A stretch of 42,774 nt of DNA from Kiritimatiellia bacterium. Its GTDB lineage: Bacteria; Verrucomicrobiota; Kiritimatiellia; SLAD01. Below the pieces are notes generated by a model. The model was not told the origin of the DNA, ran no database searches, and was given only the letters and a program-made list of their open reading frames with translations. Of this stretch, positions 40,940 through 42,774 are shown in pieces (positions within the stretch are counted from its first letter, which is position 1; each line of letters begins with the position of its first letter). Made by a program: the position numbers and the translations under genes. The stretch is taken from the NCBI GenBank assembly GCA_007126515.1, contig SLBD01000099.1:1-42774 (forward strand). Reading direction: 5' to 3'.

Positions 40940-42241
40940 AGGTTCGTCTTCCGCCTCGGAATCAACAGAATCTTCCAGCGCCGGTAGCGGCAACCGCTTA
41001 CTGACTTTGGCACCCAGCTCTCGCAATTGCTCCACCCGCCCCAATAGATTCCCCCGACCTTCTTGAAGCTGGCGCATTACCTTGTCGAATGATTCCGACG
41101 TACCGGCCAATCGTTTACGGGCATCCAGCATACTTTCGGCAAGGCGAGCAACTTGATCGTACAGCTTGCCTGCCCGGTCCGCGATCTTCTCGGCATTGCG
41201 ATTCTCGTTTTCCCGTCGCCAGATTTGCGCAATCAGTTTCAGCGTCACCATCAATGTATTCGGTCCTGTGATCACAATCGGGGAGCGCGATACGTCATAA
41301 ATTAGTTCGGGATCGGCCTGCATAGCTGCTTGATAAGCCGATTCCAGAGGAATGCAGAGAATCACAAAATCCAGCGTGCGATTGCCCATCAACTCCGCGT
41401 AATCCTTGGCTTGCAACTGATCAATGTGGCGACGGACCGACTGCACATGCTCTTTCAACGCCATCTTCTTCTCGTCGTCATCGGTCGCTGAATGACAGCG
41501 CTCGTACGCAGTCAGAGACACCTTTGAGTCAACAATCACGGATTTCTCGCCAGGCAGATCGACGATGAAATCTGGCCGTTTAAGTTGGCCATCGGAGTCG
41601 CGGATCGAGGCTTGCACGCGATACTCCCGGTCGCGCACGAGTCCAGAAGACTCAAAGATGCGCTCAACGATCACTTCCCCCCAGTCGCCTTGGGTTTTGG
41701 AATCGCCTTTGATCGCTTTCGCCAGTTCATTGGCTTCGGCGCTGACTTTACCGCTCAATTCCTGCAAGTGCCGCACCTGCGCCAGCAGCAGGGTGGATTG
41801 TTCAGTCCCCTGTTTGTGCAATTCGTCGACGCGGGTTCGGAAGGAATCGAGCTGCTCTTTTAGGGGTTGCAGGATACCGCCCAACTGTTGTCGATGCTGC
41901 TCGCTGAGGTTTCGCCCCCGCTCCTCGAAGATTTTGCTGGCGAGGTTCTCAAACTCAAGTTTGAGTCGCGTCTCCGCCTGCTCCAGTAAAGCCATTTTTT
42001 CCGCGGCCGCCCGGCGTTCATGTTCCAACTCCGCCGCCAGCCGAGCCCGTTCTGCTTGCACGGTTTGGAGAGCGACAGCCTCTTCCTGCTGCTTCACCAG
42101 TAGCCGCTGATAGTCCTCTTCTCGGAGGCGCAAGCGAGCCAGTTCCTCCTTGGCAGGTCCATCCAAGCGGATTCGCAGGGCCGTCCAGAGTCCCAATGCG
42201 ACCAACAGGACTAAGATCAGAATCAGTATCCACTCCATCAT
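40925..42241 (-). CDS. rmuC: DNA recombination protein RmuC
   Basis: N-terminal TM, coiled coil, QGDWGE, RPD...VDSKVSL, GRGNL. Confidence 0.95.
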   Translation of the reverse strand: MMEWILILILVLLVALGLWTALRIRLDGPAKEELARLRLREEDYQRLLVKQQEEAVALQTVQAERARLAAELEHERRAAAEKMALLEQAETRLKLEFENLASKIFEERGRNLSEQHRQQLGGILQPLKEQLDSFRTRVDELHKQGTEQSTLLLAQVRHLQELSGKVSAEANELAKAIKGDSKTQGDWGEVIVERIFESSGLVRDREYRVQASIRDSDGQLKRPDFIVDLPGEKSVIVDSKVSLTAYERCHSATDDDEKKMALKEHVQSVRRHIDQLQAKDYAELMGNRTLDFVILCIPLESAYQAAMQADPELIYDVSRSPIVITGPNTLMVTLKLIAQIWRRENENRNAEKIADRAGKLYDQVARLAESMLDARKRLAGTSESFDKVMRQLQEGRGNLLGRVEQLRELGAKVSKRLPLPALEDSVDSEAEDEPLPGA

Positions 42242-42774
42242 GAAGAGGAGCTTACAGGATACAGGGAAAAGAATGTAGAAAATACTGCTTCCCCGATTCC
42301 GTTGAGGCGCAATTGGAAGTTGTCCAGGAATTCATGCAGGCCGCGGGCAATAATATCTTCAACCCGCATGTACAGCAGGTCCGACCGGACCTGCCCCAAC
42401 CGTTGTTCCGGCAGGGAGGTAAATGAACCCGGCTCTGATCCCGCAATCCGATGCAAGGATTCTTCGGCCCGGTCCAGGCAGTACAAGACCGCGCGCGGAA
42501 ATTGCCGATCCAGAATCAGAAACTCAACGATGCGGATGGGCAGAATCACGCCATATTTTTGGCGATACATCTCAAAGGCGCTGGCAGACCGCAGCACCGC
42601 CGCCCACTGAATATCGTCTACCGACAGCCCCACATGATCAACGGTTGGCAGCAAAATAAAGTACTTCACATCCAGCAACCGCGTGGTTTGATCGGCCCGC
42701 TCCAGGCTCCGTCCCAATTGACAAAAATGCCAGCCTTCCCCGTGGGTCATCGTCAAATCCATGATGCCCAGAAA
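42238..42774 (-). CDS. Alpha-E domain protein (DUF403), 5' truncated by window edge
   Basis: GRSLERADQTTRLLDVK, WAAVLRSAS, FPRAV. Confidence 0.88.
   Translation of the reverse strand, partial: FLGIMDLTMTHGEGWHFCQLGRSLERADQTTRLLDVKYFILLPTVDHVGLSVDDIQWAAVLRSASAFEMYRQKYGVILPIRIVEFLILDRQFPRAVLYCLDRAEESLHRIAGSEPGSFTSLPEQRLGQVRSDLLYMRVEDIIARGLHEFLDNFQLRLNGIGEAVFSTFFSLYPVSSSS

Overview
A mostly minus-strand chromosomal region of a Gram-negative bacterium. The gene set (pilB-pilT-pilB-pilC, GYF_2 and zinc-ribbon proteins, C4 zinc-ribbon gene next to rnpB, REP-like hairpins) suggests the PVC superphylum, possibly Kiritimatiellota/Lentisphaerae; this is an inference. In order: REP-like hairpin cluster; Phd/PIN toxin-antitoxin pair; five palindromes at an exact 31-bp period; clpB; type IV pilus motor cluster; a chimeric deletion scar containing an aldehyde dehydrogenase tail; DUF3581-like gene; GGQ release-factor-like gene; three-subunit xanthine-dehydrogenase-family enzyme; gspG plus a minor pilin; epimerase; lptD; namZ-like gene; M50 protease; O-antigen ligase; 5'-nucleotidase; clpX, clpP, tig; ankyrin protein; gspC; rnpB; C4 zinc ribbon; lplA; LTD-PLD; zinc ribbon; EVE; GYF-coiled coil; SPFH/NfeD; a divergent sigma70-like gene coupled to an unknown partner; WCPPC thioredoxin lipoprotein; pyrF; rmuC; partial alpha-E gene. 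The best candidates for undescribed systems are the sigma-like/partner pair upstream of nfeD-SPFH and the phased TTCCA-N5-TGGAA array. All protein calls come from motif recognition by eye; no searches were run.
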